Source of the DNA: Octopus sinensis
Taxonomy: Eukaryota
Assembly (NCBI RefSeq): GCF_006345805.1
Contig: NC_043006.1
Location: 2,604,001 to 2,668,000 of the forward strand
Direction of reading: 5' to 3'
Length of the DNA stretch: 64,000 bases
A model generated the notes under the pieces. The model did no database searches. It saw only the letters and a program-made list of their open reading frames with translations, and was not told the origin of the DNA. A program made the translations under genes and the position numbers. Below are positions 62,941-64,000 of the stretch, in pieces; within the stretch, counting starts at the first letter, position 1; each line of letters opens with the position of its first letter.

Positions 62941-64000
62941 GTATAAACTTGTAGGACTAATATAACTTTTTTAGTTACGCAAAATGAAGTTTTTCACACC
63001 TTTTAATTTAATTCACATTCATATTGTTTGAAAAAGCTGTAGAGTTATGGATCTAGTATCTCAAGGCAAACCGAAATAGACAGCTAAACATAATAGTAAC
63101 CAAGTTATTCTACATTCAAAACCTACAAAGCCTGGGACAAACAGTTATTGATTTCAATTTAGAGGAGAACGACAATGTTTATTGAACTTTCTTATTGTAT
63201 ACTGGGCATAACACACACTCTCGTTTTCAGATCCCCAACTCAATAAAGCTGCAGTAAATGGTTTGTTACAATTGTGGTTTTGCTACCGAGTATGTTCTAT
63301 AATTTTGTTTTTGAAATATCGACGTCATTCTGATAGCCTTTTGTAGAATTGTATTGCTACAGGGTCCATCCACGAGTAATGATGGATTGTAGTAAGGCCT
63401 TGAGATAGATATGGAAGGTAGATGCAAATAATCCAACTTGGTGTTTAATAAGCAGTCACACACCAGCAGTGGAAGTATTCAACTTGGGTGCAGTAACTCA
63501 GTGAAGAGGATTGTTGGAATTGGTGCTGTTACAAGGTGAATAAATTAGGTCATCTTCATATAAAGATTGCATTTACCTGTCAGTTTAGATCGATGCAGTC
63601 CTCTCTCTCTCTCACCAGCTTTTACATCTTTGATGCTTTGACTTGTCAAGCATTTGAAGTTTGACAGGGTCTCTGTGTCTACTTGTGACTGTAAAGGTAC
63701 CTAACGCATGAACAAAGGAAGCACATTGTATGAAAAAGCAGGCTTTTCAACTACAAAGTCATTTGTGAGTGATGGGCTGAGAGAAGAGTCTGACTTCAAC
63801 AGAAAAGGATGGTATTACTATTGAAGATATGGAAAACCATAACATGTTATGCTTCACCTGAAAAATCCTTATAAACCCAGATCAGTTTCAAGTTTATTGT
63901 CCTCCCTAATATCACACCTGTAATTAATCACTTTCACATCCTACAGAGTTTACCTTCAATGTAGTTAAGACTCTTTTTTTTAAATATTAAAACAAAGCAT

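Noticed and set aside
63150-63900. Possible degenerate LINE RT on the minus strand (LYEDDLIY)
   Set aside because: Only one motif-like match amid many stops, which is insufficient to call.

Overview
AT-rich animal genomic DNA, very probably an octopus (Octopus sp.). That is an inference from recalled repeat-family sequences and the extreme TA/CA/ATT/ATC microsatellite load; it was not checked against a database. Most of the window is interspersed repeats. Retroelements: two large RTE-clade LINE copies (30231-33184 younger, 60270-62940 older, both minus strand), about 15 short copies of the RTE 3' end, at least three tRNA-derived SINE families, and fragments of CR1, L2/Crack-like, Tx1/L1-like, R4/Dong-like (restriction-like endonuclease) and Penelope-like elements. 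DNA elements: MITE-type and Helentron-like. No transposon ORF is intact. Several short, splice-site-bounded, open segments on the + strand (best: 25370-25468, 28048-28182, 38911-38983, 47586-47646) suggest the window lies inside a large intron-rich protein-coding gene that I could not identify. Nearly all ORFs in the supplied track are microsatellite or repeat artefacts. There is no CRISPR array, rRNA, intact tRNA or prokaryotic-type system. I found no clearly new biological system. The best leads are a perfect 29-bp-stem hairpin (41020-41088), a C4HC3 PHD-like finger inside the RTE reverse transcriptase, a variable array of small stem-loop modules in the RTE 3' UTR, and (TAA)n-associated Dong-like insertions. 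Repeat boundaries were read by eye and are approximate (about +/-20 nt unless termini are quoted).
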